Shown: positions 28,466-37,325 of the stretch, in pieces
How the letters are laid out: each line of letters starts with the position of its first letter
Position numbering within the stretch: the first letter of the stretch is position 1
Source of the DNA: an uncultured Rikenellaceae bacterium
GTDB lineage: Bacteria; Bacteroidota; Bacteroidia; Bacteroidales; VadinHA17
Assembly: GCA_964410385.1 (NCBI GenBank)
Contig: CAYPHL010000002.1
Location: 16,720-80,719, forward strand
Length of the DNA: 64,000 nucleotides
Direction: 5' to 3'
Program-made: the position numbers and the translations under genes
Notes under the pieces: model-generated
The model's input: the letters and a program-made list of their open reading frames with translations, nothing else
The model's database searches: none
Told to the model about the DNA's origin: nothing

Positions 28466-28993
28466 TCACTTCCTCCCCTTCACCCTCAAAATCGTCAATA
28501 CCCCCAGCACCGCTGTTACCAGCACCGTAGCCTCTCCCAGTGTATCATATCCCCTGAAATCAAAGACCACCCCTGTAACAAGATTGGCACTGCCTGTCTT
28601 TGCCATCGCCCCCTCAATATATGGTTCCGCCATCCTCAGGGTGCTATAACCGAACGGGCTCAGAACGTTTGCTGCAGCCCTGAAAAACCAGAACAAAACA
28701 ATTACAACGAATATTGCAGTTACAGCATTTACATAACTCTGCGTGTCGGGACCGGAATAGAGCTCTTCCCTAGAACTGTCCAGCACCACCGCAACCATTA
28801 TTATCAATGAAATTGTTTCAACTACAATCTGAACAATTGCCAGATCCGGAGCCTTTAACAGCAGGAAACATATTACAAGGCCATAACCCACTATCCCGCA
28901 TGCAATTACTGCTGAAAGAAGATCCTTTGCATGGATTGCAAATAATGCCCCCACTATCATTAGTCCTGTTATTACGGATATTGCAATTTCCAT
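28466..28993 (-). CDS. MrpA C-terminal (DUF4040/MbhD-E-like) plus MnhB N-terminal-like membrane subunit
   Basis: N-terminal helices resemble the DUF4040 region. The C-terminal NLVTGVVFDFRGYDTLGE is the typical MnhB-related motif. Confidence 0.65.
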   Translation of the reverse strand: MEIAISVITGLMIVGALFAIHAKDLLSAVIACGIVGYGLVICFLLLKAPDLAIVQIVVETISLIIMVAVVLDSSREELYSGPDTQSYVNAVTAIFVVIVLFWFFRAAANVLSPFGYSTLRMAEPYIEGAMAKTGSANLVTGVVFDFRGYDTLGEATVLVTAVLGVLTILRVKGRK

Positions 28994-29007
28994 CTGGATT
29001 ATGTAAT

Positions 29008-30906
29008 TTATATCATGATTATCAGCATTAGTATCAGTCCGGCACAGACCCAGATTATATAACCCGGCAGAACTCCCGTGTGTGCCTCGCTGAAAATGTG
29101 GCTCAGCCGTAGTACAAAACTTTTTGACAGATCATATATGTCAAACCATTTCTCTTCAGCTCTCTTATAAATACCCGAAATAAAGCCAAACTCCGACAAC
29201 GTTTTGTAGAATTCATGTGCAGGGTATGCAGTCTGATCCTGAATTCTTTCACCCCCGATAAAACTGTCTTCTCTCCTGAAATTCTTATAGTTCAGTATAA
29301 GATAGAATATCAGTCCAAATGCTAACGATATTATTACAAGAAGTGAGACAAATGAGGAATCCCAGAATCCTGTGAACTGAAATTCACCGGTTACAGGCAT
29401 GAAAAGTCCTTTCACGACAAGATTTGTTGCGAAGATCCCGAATGCAGTACAGAATAGTGCAAGGATGGCTGAAGGCAGCCACATCAGGACTGGTACTTCG
29501 CGGACATTTTCAAGTGATTCTTTCCGGCGGCTGAGGAAAATACCCCCGATGAATTTGATAAAGCTCGCAAGGGTCAGCGCAGACCCAAGAACAGCAAGTC
29601 CAAGCCATAATACCCATAGTTTTGCTGCAATTCCTTCCTGTGCTCCCGACTCTATAATCCCCTGATATATCATCCATTTTGAAGCAAATCCGTTGAATGG
29701 AGGTACCCCCGAAATAGATACTGCAAATATCATTGCCGTAATAAATGTTACGGGCATTTTCGTCGACAGACCTCCAAGCTCGTCAATATTTACCTCTCCC
29801 GTCCTGTATTCTACATTCCCGGCTGTAAGGAAAAGACCGCTTTTATAAAGTGCATTATTTATCATATGGAACAAGCCGGCGGCAACTCCGATCATCGAAC
29901 CAAGACCAAAACCAAGGATCATATAACCTACCTGCGATACTGCATGAAAGCCCAGCAGACGCTTGTAATTGTGTTGTACAAGCGCCATCATAACAGCAGC
30001 AATTATTGAGATTGATCCGGTGATCAGCAGGACGAGTCTCATAGCATCATTCATTATGAAAATATCCGTCGTAATTCTGGCAAGAAAATAGATCCCCAGA
30101 AGTTTATCAAGAGAAGCCGGCAGGATTGCTGAAGAGGATGCCGGTGCATCTTTTGCATAATCAGGTACCCATGAATGGAAGGGGAAGGCGCCCGCTTTTG
30201 TGAAACATCCGGTAAGCAGAGCTAAAAAGGCTGTCACAGCAAGGATGTTGTCTGTGGGAAGAGATACGGAATCGATGCTGAAAGATCCTGTCAGCCTGTA
30301 AACCATGGCAATACCAATGATCATTATTGAATCCGAGCCTCCGATAAGTATAAGGGTTTTCTTTGCAGTGGCCGAACTATCTTCATCCCTGCCCGGGATA
30401 AGCTTATACAGGGTAATGCCAAGAATACCCCAGAAGATAAGGAACATTATAAGATTGTCTGCCAGAACTGCACCATATGAACATCCGAGGGTTATAAGGA
30501 ACCATTGATAATAATTCCTGGTCCTTCCGTTCTTTATATATAATATTGAATATGTAAGTATGAGTATCGAAAAGAGACTTATAAACAGTACTATAAGTTT
30601 GCTGAGATTATCGACCGAGAATGTAAAGAAGCTTTCTGCACCCTCTGTCAGATCCGAACCCAGAAGCACATTGCAGGTCCTGTCCATGATCCCTTCAAGA
30701 GTAACTATCTGGGCCGCTGATGTGAATAAAGGAATTGTAAGGTAACCGGTAATAAGACTGATCAGCAGGGCAAAGTAACCTTTAACTTTCAGATACTTTT
30801 CCGGGACCATAAAAAGGAGAATACCTGCGAGAACAGGAATTAAGATGAGAAGTTGCAGGAACTTACAGACTGAAGGATTTGATATTATTGAGAATAATCC
30901 GCTCAT
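29008..30906 (-). CDS. MrpA/NuoL-like antiporter subunit
   Basis: 632 aa polytopic protein of the complex I antiporter-like family (FPFHSWVPDYAKDAP, LLGFHAVSQVGY). Confidence 0.85.
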   Translation of the reverse strand: MSGLFSIISNPSVCKFLQLLILIPVLAGILLFMVPEKYLKVKGYFALLISLITGYLTIPLFTSAAQIVTLEGIMDRTCNVLLGSDLTEGAESFFTFSVDNLSKLIVLFISLFSILILTYSILYIKNGRTRNYYQWFLITLGCSYGAVLADNLIMFLIFWGILGITLYKLIPGRDEDSSATAKKTLILIGGSDSIMIIGIAMVYRLTGSFSIDSVSLPTDNILAVTAFLALLTGCFTKAGAFPFHSWVPDYAKDAPASSSAILPASLDKLLGIYFLARITTDIFIMNDAMRLVLLITGSISIIAAVMMALVQHNYKRLLGFHAVSQVGYMILGFGLGSMIGVAAGLFHMINNALYKSGLFLTAGNVEYRTGEVNIDELGGLSTKMPVTFITAMIFAVSISGVPPFNGFASKWMIYQGIIESGAQEGIAAKLWVLWLGLAVLGSALTLASFIKFIGGIFLSRRKESLENVREVPVLMWLPSAILALFCTAFGIFATNLVVKGLFMPVTGEFQFTGFWDSSFVSLLVIISLAFGLIFYLILNYKNFRREDSFIGGERIQDQTAYPAHEFYKTLSEFGFISGIYKRAEEKWFDIYDLSKSFVLRLSHIFSEAHTGVLPGYIIWVCAGLILMLIIMI

Positions 30907-30911
30907 TTTTT

Positions 30912-32108
30912 TCAGGTGATTTTTTTCTTCAGTTCAATGGTTCGTTTTACTGATGATTCTATAAGCTCTTTCGCGTTCATCAATCTCCTTCCGGAATTAA
31001 TGTCGAGGGCCACGGCCATTCGTTCCGTGCAGCAGTAACAAGGATCGACCGCTGCCAGTGAGATAGTTGCATCTGAAATAGTCTGACCGATACAAGATTT
31101 CTTAAAGGTTGCAATATTGACGTAGCTTGGCGCTCTAATCTTATGCCTGACAGGTGAATTGGACCCGTCAGAAACCACAAAATGAAAGACTTCACCTCTG
31201 GGAGCCTCTGCCCGGCCTGTCCCGGAACCTTCAGGTATCTCATTCACCTTAACTGCAATATCTCCCTCCGGTGTTTTTTCAAGTCCGCCAAGACATTGTT
31301 CAATAATTGAGATTGATTCATACATCTCCAGCAGTCTGACCTCTGCTTTTGCAAAAACATCACCTTCTTCCGCGGTGATCACCTTCCAGCTGACTAGCGG
31401 ATATGCTGCATAAGGATCGTCTCTTCTGATATCTATAGAAACACCGGAAGCCCGGGCAGTCGGACCTACAGCCGCAAAGTCAGTTATGTCCTGTTTTGTA
31501 AGTACCCCTACACCTTTTGTCCTGGCATGTATAACGGGATCATCCATCACTGCACCTGTCAGAAGATCAGTTTTTTTCTTTACATCTGAGAGGGTTTTTC
31601 TTATTGTGGAAATTTTATTGTTTTCAATATCCCGGCGCACACCTCCGACCTTGAATATTGCATAGCTGTTCCTGTTGCCGGTTATCATCTCAAACAGATC
31701 GAGAATGGGTTCACGGTATTTCCATGCCCACATGAAAACAGTGTTATATCCCAGGAAATGACCTGCAAGGCCAACCCACAGGAGATGACTATGGATCCTT
31801 TCAAGTTCACCGATAATGGACCTTATATATCTGGTCCTGTCAGTTATATCAATACCGGCAATCTCCTCAACAGCATTGGCAAAAGCAAAGGGATGAGAGG
31901 TGGAACAAATCCCGCAAATCCGCTCGACAAGGAAAAAGACCTGATCATAGGTTTTTGATTCACTTAGCTTTTCTATCCCCCTGTGATTATATCCCGTTTC
32001 CCACTTAATATCTTTTACGATCTCACCGTCGCAGAATAGCTTGAACAGCTCAGGTTCTTCCTGCAGAGGATGATAGGGACCAATCGGTATGAGTGTTTTT
32101 GTACCCAT
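30912..32108 (-). CDS. group-4 (energy-converting, NuoD-like) [NiFe]-hydrogenase large subunit
   Basis: N-terminal Ni-binding RICGICSTSH and C-terminal DPCYCCTER are both intact. A tail of about 35 residues follows the C-terminal motif (substrate for the endopeptidase). 398 aa, NuoD-sized. Confidence 0.9.
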   Translation of the reverse strand: MGTKTLIPIGPYHPLQEEPELFKLFCDGEIVKDIKWETGYNHRGIEKLSESKTYDQVFFLVERICGICSTSHPFAFANAVEEIAGIDITDRTRYIRSIIGELERIHSHLLWVGLAGHFLGYNTVFMWAWKYREPILDLFEMITGNRNSYAIFKVGGVRRDIENNKISTIRKTLSDVKKKTDLLTGAVMDDPVIHARTKGVGVLTKQDITDFAAVGPTARASGVSIDIRRDDPYAAYPLVSWKVITAEEGDVFAKAEVRLLEMYESISIIEQCLGGLEKTPEGDIAVKVNEIPEGSGTGRAEAPRGEVFHFVVSDGSNSPVRHKIRAPSYVNIATFKKSCIGQTISDATISLAAVDPCYCCTERMAVALDINSGRRLMNAKELIESSVKRTIELKKKIT

Positions 32109-32119
32109 TTTGCCAGTTC

Positions 32120-32575
32120 TTATTTAAACTCTTTCCTGTAAGGATAAACACCTTCTGCCCAGTTACCTTCAGATATAAGCTTTTCCTGGTTGGGATGATT
32201 CAGAAAGTTAATTCCAAATAATTCATGAATCTCCCTCTCGATCCAGTTTGATGCATTGAATAAATTTGAAAGAGACTCTATCTGAGGATTTTCACTGTTA
32301 ATTATCACAAGAATGTTAAGAACAAGTCCTGTTGAATCAAGACTGAAGTGATAATTGATCTCAAATCCTCTTTTTGTATGAAGGGCTGAAGCTATTATGA
32401 ACCTTAATCCTGCAGTCTTGTACAGATACTCAGCAATTCCGACAATGGATTCCGGTTTCACTGTTACCGTTGCCCGCCTCTCACTCTTCTTAGTCACTTC
32501 AAGTACCTCAGTTTCGAAGCTCTTCTTTAATTTTTCTATTACCAGATCCGTTCCCATTGTATATCGTTCCAACAA
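32120..32575 (-). CDS. NuoC/HycE-N/MbhK-like subunit
   Basis: 151 aa with ERE(I/V)xE(L/M)FGI-type motif (WIEREIHELFGINF). Confidence 0.8.
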   Translation of the reverse strand: MLERYTMGTDLVIEKLKKSFETEVLEVTKKSERRATVTVKPESIVGIAEYLYKTAGLRFIIASALHTKRGFEINYHFSLDSTGLVLNILVIINSENPQIESLSNLFNASNWIEREIHELFGINFLNHPNQEKLISEGNWAEGVYPYRKEFK

Positions 32576-32586
32576 AATATTTTAAA

Positions 32587-32766
32587 CTCACCGCTCACCT
32601 CTCAATACTCATCCCTCACTACTCACAACTCATCTCTCACCCCTCTCAACTCATCCCTCACCACTCATCTCCGGGTTGGCAGTTGGCAGTTGGCAATCTG
32701 ACTAACTACTTACCGCTTTTCGCCCCGCACCCCGCACCTCGCACCTTGCACCCTGCTTCCCGCACT
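32587..32766. repeat. tripartite 7-bp tandem arrays inside the hydrogenase operon (CTCANNN x12; GTTGGCA x3; NNGCACC x6)
   Basis: Blocks at 32587-32670, 32675-32695 and 32725-32766. They fill the 189-bp gap between the NuoB-like stop (32765-32767) and the NuoC-like start (32575). Confidence 0.9.
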
Positions 32767-33175
32767 ACCTTCCCGCCAGTTTCACTATCCCGGCGATGAT
32801 CGCCTCCGGCTTGGGCGGACACCCGGGTATATAAGCATCAACGGGGATGATTTTGTCAACCGGTCCCGCAAACGTAATGCCTTCGGCAAATATCCCACCC
32901 GTACAGCCGCATGCTCCTATTGCTACCACCAGTATTGGTTTGGGAGCCTGATGATATATCTCGATCAGTCTGTCTTTATCACGCTTATTGATTGATCCGT
33001 TAACAAGAAGTACATCAGCATGTCTAATGCTTCCTACAAGGAGGATCCCGAAACGTTCAAGATCATACCTTGGAGTAAGGCAATCAAGTATCTCAATATC
33101 GCAATTATTGCAGGAGGCCCCTCCGAAATGAAAGACCCATAGTGATTTTTTAAAGCAATAACTCTTAAATCCCAC
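32765..33175 (-). CDS. NuoB-like [NiFe]-hydrogenase small subunit
   Basis: Cys ligands GGASCNNC, IGACGCTGG and PGCPPKPE of the proximal [4Fe-4S] cluster. 136 aa. Confidence 0.9.
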   Translation of the reverse strand: MGFKSYCFKKSLWVFHFGGASCNNCDIEILDCLTPRYDLERFGILLVGSIRHADVLLVNGSINKRDKDRLIEIYHQAPKPILVVAIGACGCTGGIFAEGITFAGPVDKIIPVDAYIPGCPPKPEAIIAGIVKLAGR

Positions 33176-33186
33176 TTTCTGTAATT

Positions 33187-34119
33187 TTAGTAACCAAACG
33201 AAATCAAAACCAGTGCAATAACAGCGATCAGATTCATCCAGATCACGAAGAAGCTGATGGCCTGCTTTATCTTTAGTCTTGGATTTGTATTTCTTATCAA
33301 TGTCAATATCAGAACTATAAGAAGTATTTTGAGTACCGACCAGAGTATGTTTATCCCCCCGGGCCTGAACCCGTTCATTAGTACAGCAACAAGAAGTGCC
33401 GGAAGGATGAAAATCATAATGTATTTTGTAAGTTTTATGAGTGCATATGCAGGTCCGGAATACTCGATGAAAATACCTTCAGTGATCTCTGCTTCTGCTT
33501 CAGGTATATCAAAGGGGACCAATGCCAGTTTTGCCTGAACACAGAATATCCCGGCAATGAAAAGAATTACCCCTGAGATGCTGGCAATAAAAGGTGATCC
33601 TTCCTGTTGAGTGTGGATTATTGTGTACAGATCGAAATTCTGTCCGGATTTCATTATAATTCCTGCAATGAAGAGCAGGAAGGTAAGCTCGTAACTCATG
33701 ATGAGCTTCATTTCCCTCGATCCCCCGATAGCAGCAAGCGGATTTCCCGAGGCCAGAGAACCTGTTATGTACGAAAACGACGGGATTGTAAGCAGGTAGA
33801 AGATGACCAGGAGATCTCCTTTGAATCCCGTGGTGATGTTAAACAAAGGTAACAATATGAAGATACCTGCCAGTACAGCTCCGATAACCCCGAAAACAGG
33901 AGCCAGCAGAAACAGAACAGGTGATCCGTGTTTCGGCAGAATAGTCTCCTTTACAAGCAAAAGTTTGAAAAAATCATAAAAAGGTTGCAGCAGTGGAGGT
34001 CCCTTGCGGAACTGGACCCTGGCAGTGATCTTCCTGTCGAACCATGATAGAAATGCTCCTGTAACCGCGGTGAAAAGCAGCCCCGGGAAAATAAAGAAAT
34101 AAAAGAAATTGACTGCCAT
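33187..34119 (-). CDS. NuoH/HycD/MbhM-like membrane subunit
   Basis: 310 aa polytopic protein. DRKITARVQFRKGP and EAEAEITEG motifs of the NuoH family. Confidence 0.85.
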   Translation of the reverse strand: MAVNFFYFFIFPGLLFTAVTGAFLSWFDRKITARVQFRKGPPLLQPFYDFFKLLLVKETILPKHGSPVLFLLAPVFGVIGAVLAGIFILLPLFNITTGFKGDLLVIFYLLTIPSFSYITGSLASGNPLAAIGGSREMKLIMSYELTFLLFIAGIIMKSGQNFDLYTIIHTQQEGSPFIASISGVILFIAGIFCVQAKLALVPFDIPEAEAEITEGIFIEYSGPAYALIKLTKYIMIFILPALLVAVLMNGFRPGGINILWSVLKILLIVLILTLIRNTNPRLKIKQAISFFVIWMNLIAVIALVLISFGY

Positions 34120-34120
34120 A

Positions 34121-34618
34121 TTATTTTATTTCAGTTTTATAGAGATACTCTCTTATAAGAACTTTTTCGTTGAGCCGGTAAATATTCTTTTCAGGCGATT
34201 CACCGTCATCAGTCATATACGCTGTCCCGGCAGGACAGGCGTCAATGAATTTATTCGCCTCATCCTCATCACCAAGGTTGTAAAACAGTTCCCGGTTACG
34301 GTGATGAACAAAGAAATCTGTCATCATGGTACCGAAAGGACATATTGTAACACACGACTTACATGAAACGCAAAGGTTGGTATGGCGTGCAACAACTCCA
34401 TCACTATCCTTTTCAAGTGCTTCAGTCGGACAGACAGCAATACAGGGAGCATCTTCACATTTTCTGCAGGTGAACATGAAGGTTGCCAGCTCCCTTATTG
34501 TTTTCAGGCCGTTTGAATTTGGAGATTGATAGAATAATCCTTCCGGGAGTGTAAGGTCAGAATTAACTGACATTGCCTCCCGGAGCCTGATCATATCTAT
34601 TACCAGATTCTTTGGCAT
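34121..34618 (-). CDS. 2x[4Fe-4S] ferredoxin-domain protein
   Basis: CRKCEDAPCIAVCP and CVSCKSCVTICP. Confidence 0.75.
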   Translation of the reverse strand: MPKNLVIDMIRLREAMSVNSDLTLPEGLFYQSPNSNGLKTIRELATFMFTCRKCEDAPCIAVCPTEALEKDSDGVVARHTNLCVSCKSCVTICPFGTMMTDFFVHHRNRELFYNLGDEDEANKFIDACPAGTAYMTDDGESPEKNIYRLNEKVLIREYLYKTEIK

Positions 34619-34619
34619 A

Positions 34620-35444
34620 TCAGTCCCAGATATTTGGTTGATCTTTTATTTCGTTGTAGGTGAAGACAGGGCCGTCTTTGCAGACAAAGAACTCTCCCAT
34701 CATGCAATGACCACATTTCCCGAGTCCGCAGGACATGTTCTTCTCCATAGAAAGGTATATCTGTTCGTCTTTATATCCCATCTCAAGGATCTTTATAGTA
34801 CCGTATTTCATCATTACAGGCGGACCGCAGACAACAGCCACAGAGTTAGAAACATTAACCCTGACATTATTCAGAAGGGTGGGAGCAACTCCTACCGGCC
34901 CGTCCCATTCTTCATCTCCTTTGTCAACTGTCCTGTAAGCTTCAAATTTATCAATGCTGTTCAGCCTGTTAAACAGAGGTTTATAAATACAATCTGCCGG
35001 TGTTTTTGATCCGTAGCAAAGGATTACCTTCTCAAGATTGTCCTTCACATGTTCAAGGGCATAGAGCAGTGATCTGATAGGTGCAAGGCCGCAACCACCT
35101 CCAAGTATCAGAACCTCTTTCCCGAAGAACCTTTCAACAGGATAACCCCTGCCATACGGCCCCCTTATACCCATTAAAACACCCGGCATAAGATTGTGCA
35201 TGATCTCCGTAACATACCCGGTTTTCATTACAGTGACCTCAAGCCGGTCATGTATCAATGGCGATGATGAAGGAGTAAAGGGCGCTTCCCCGATACCATC
35301 AACAGATAATTCAATGAACTGCCCGGTACTGAAAATGAAATCTTCCTCAGGAAAAAGGACAAATGTTTTTATCAGAGGCGATTCTTCAATCACTTCAGTC
35401 AGTCTGGCCTTTAATGGCTTGTAAATATTTCTTTGGCCGCTCAT
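34620..35444 (-). CDS. FAD/NAD(P)H-binding oxidoreductase with C-terminal [2Fe-2S] (sulfhydrogenase gamma/AsrB/PyrK-like)
   Basis: Ferredoxin-reductase-type fold (FSTGQFIEL, LILGGGCGLAPI) and the C-terminal cluster motif CGLGKCGHC. Confidence 0.8.
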   Translation of the reverse strand: MSGQRNIYKPLKARLTEVIEESPLIKTFVLFPEEDFIFSTGQFIELSVDGIGEAPFTPSSSPLIHDRLEVTVMKTGYVTEIMHNLMPGVLMGIRGPYGRGYPVERFFGKEVLILGGGCGLAPIRSLLYALEHVKDNLEKVILCYGSKTPADCIYKPLFNRLNSIDKFEAYRTVDKGDEEWDGPVGVAPTLLNNVRVNVSNSVAVVCGPPVMMKYGTIKILEMGYKDEQIYLSMEKNMSCGLGKCGHCMMGEFFVCKDGPVFTYNEIKDQPNIWD

Positions 35445-36442
35445 AAAGCTGTCCGGGCAAGTTCCATGAACAATTCATTTTTATTTATCTTGCCTATACA
35501 GGCATCGATGCATCTTCCGCAACCGGTACAGGCAACCGGACTGAATTTTTCGGGTTTCCAGACATATTTGCACATATATCTGTTCCTGAATCTGTTGTGA
35601 AGACGAAAAAGGGAATCTTCGCCTCCGGCTACCCTTTCAAAACCAGGATACTGGCAGGCGTCAAGCTGTTTTACCTTTTCAAAACCGGGCTTGTCTATAA
35701 GCAAAAAACAGCTGCATGTGGGACAAATTGTTGCACATGCACCGCACGAAACACACTTTGATGAATATTTTGACCATAACTCTTTTCCAGCCAGGCTGAC
35801 TATCTCTCCGGTTCGCTTATAATCCGGAAGTCCCTTATTTGTTTCTGCCAGCAGAGCCTCAGTCGCGGTGTGCTCACTTTCGATAGCCGCTAGAACTCCT
35901 TCCTCCCTGCATTCATGTGATGACTCAATTTTATTCAGGAAATCTTCACCCTTCTGCGTAATTATCCTTAGATACACAATTCCTTCAATTATAATCAGGC
36001 CAAGATCTGCAATGGCTGTCGGATATGGTCTGATACCATAGGAAGTGCAATGGCAATGTTCCTGCTTTCCAATACAGTCGGAACCAATAATGATCGTATT
36101 CTCACGACGCTTCCTGAAAAAAATATCATTGAAGTCCCTGTCAAGATAAATTTCATCAAGCAGGGCAAGCGCTTCAACATCACAGTTCGGTGGTCCGATT
36201 ATTATCCTGGGTTTTTCACCAATCCTTTCGCCTGTTACATTTTCTTTAACAGGCAGGAAGAAATTTTTAAGAGGAGTTACAGGTTTCGGTTCGTTATAGA
36301 CTATTGCCTCAATATCTGAAGCGGCTATATATTCATAATCCTGACCGTGCTCACTGCTGACAGGGGCGAAGACATCATGAGATGAAAGCAAATCAAGGAT
36401 TACTTTATCCCATTCTTTCTTTGTTATACTATTATAACGCAT
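35441..36442 (-). CDS. 4Fe-4S cluster protein (sulfhydrogenase beta/AsrA-like), first gene of the operon
   Basis: CVSCGACATICPTCSC and CTGCGRCIDAC in the C-terminal half. Overlaps the next gene by 4 nt. Confidence 0.75.
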   Translation of the reverse strand: MRYNSITKKEWDKVILDLLSSHDVFAPVSSEHGQDYEYIAASDIEAIVYNEPKPVTPLKNFFLPVKENVTGERIGEKPRIIIGPPNCDVEALALLDEIYLDRDFNDIFFRKRRENTIIIGSDCIGKQEHCHCTSYGIRPYPTAIADLGLIIIEGIVYLRIITQKGEDFLNKIESSHECREEGVLAAIESEHTATEALLAETNKGLPDYKRTGEIVSLAGKELWSKYSSKCVSCGACATICPTCSCFLLIDKPGFEKVKQLDACQYPGFERVAGGEDSLFRLHNRFRNRYMCKYVWKPEKFSPVACTGCGRCIDACIGKINKNELFMELARTAL

Positions 36443-36444
36443 TT

Positions 36445-36462
36445 ATGTGACAAAGTTCACAT
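36445..36462. promoter_or_regulatory. candidate Rex operator (ATGTGACAAAGTTCACAT)
   Basis: Perfect TGTGA-N6-TCACA core, with 11 of 14 specified positions matching the Rex-box consensus TTGTGAAnnnnTTCACAA. It ends 2 nt from the start codon of the first operon gene, and rex is encoded divergently 169 nt away. Confidence 0.65.
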
Positions 36463-36630
36463 TTATAAAATTATATTCTGTATATTAATTAACAAATGAA
36501 AAATGGCTGATTTTCTTATATAAAAATATCAATAAGAGATAACAAATTAATAATCAATTAAATAAAATACTTTTTTATTTTAGGAAATTATTGATTAAAT
36601 TTCGGAAAAATAGTTTAAGCAGGAAATAAT

Positions 36631-37314
36631 GTGAAACAAATCACAAAATATGTAATAAAAAACAGCCTTAAAAGGATCTTTCTCTACAGGGCATGCCTTG
36701 TAAGACTGAAACTTATGGGAGTTGAGCGGGTATATTCCTATACTCTGGCACATGAAACAGGGGTTACTTCTGATCAGGTCAGGAAAGACTTTTCAGAATT
36801 TAAAATTACCGGAAACAAGAGGGGAGGCTATAAAATAAATGAGTTACTGGAAAAGATGGAAAGCATTTTTCACAGGAATCAGGATCATAATATAGTTCTC
36901 ATCGGGATGGGTAATATGGGTCTTGCTTTATCGAAGTACAGCCGGTTTGTTCAGAGGAACATGAATATTGTGGCAACTTTCGATATCGATCCTTTCAAGC
37001 AGAAGCAGCGATCTGATCTTCCGGTTTATTCAATGAGCAGACTGAAAGAGATCATCGACAGGTTTAAAGTCAGGGTTGCCATAATTGCAGTTCCTGAGAT
37101 ATCTGCCCAGGAGGTTGCAGATGAGCTGGTTCGCCATGGTATTAAGGGAATTGTGAATTTCGCCCCGGTCCTTTTGAAAATGCCCCCCGACGTTGTAATT
37201 AATAATGTGAACCTCTGCGATGAACTTGAAAGTGTGATCTATTATGTTCACAAACAGATTAAAGCGGACGGAACTAAAAATCTGGAGCTATTATACAAGG
37301 GTATGAAATACTGA
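36631..37314 (+). CDS. rex: redox-sensing transcriptional repressor Rex
   Basis: GTG start. N-terminal winged-helix part (LKRIFLYRACL...YSYTLAHETGVTSDQVRKDFS) and a Rossmann domain (NIVLIGMGNMGLAL). Confidence 0.85.
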   Translation: MKQITKYVIKNSLKRIFLYRACLVRLKLMGVERVYSYTLAHETGVTSDQVRKDFSEFKITGNKRGGYKINELLEKMESIFHRNQDHNIVLIGMGNMGLALSKYSRFVQRNMNIVATFDIDPFKQKQRSDLPVYSMSRLKEIIDRFKVRVAIIAVPEISAQEVADELVRHGIKGIVNFAPVLLKMPPDVVINNVNLCDELESVIYYVHKQIKADGTKNLELLYKGMKY

Positions 37315-37325
37315 TCAAGGGTCTG

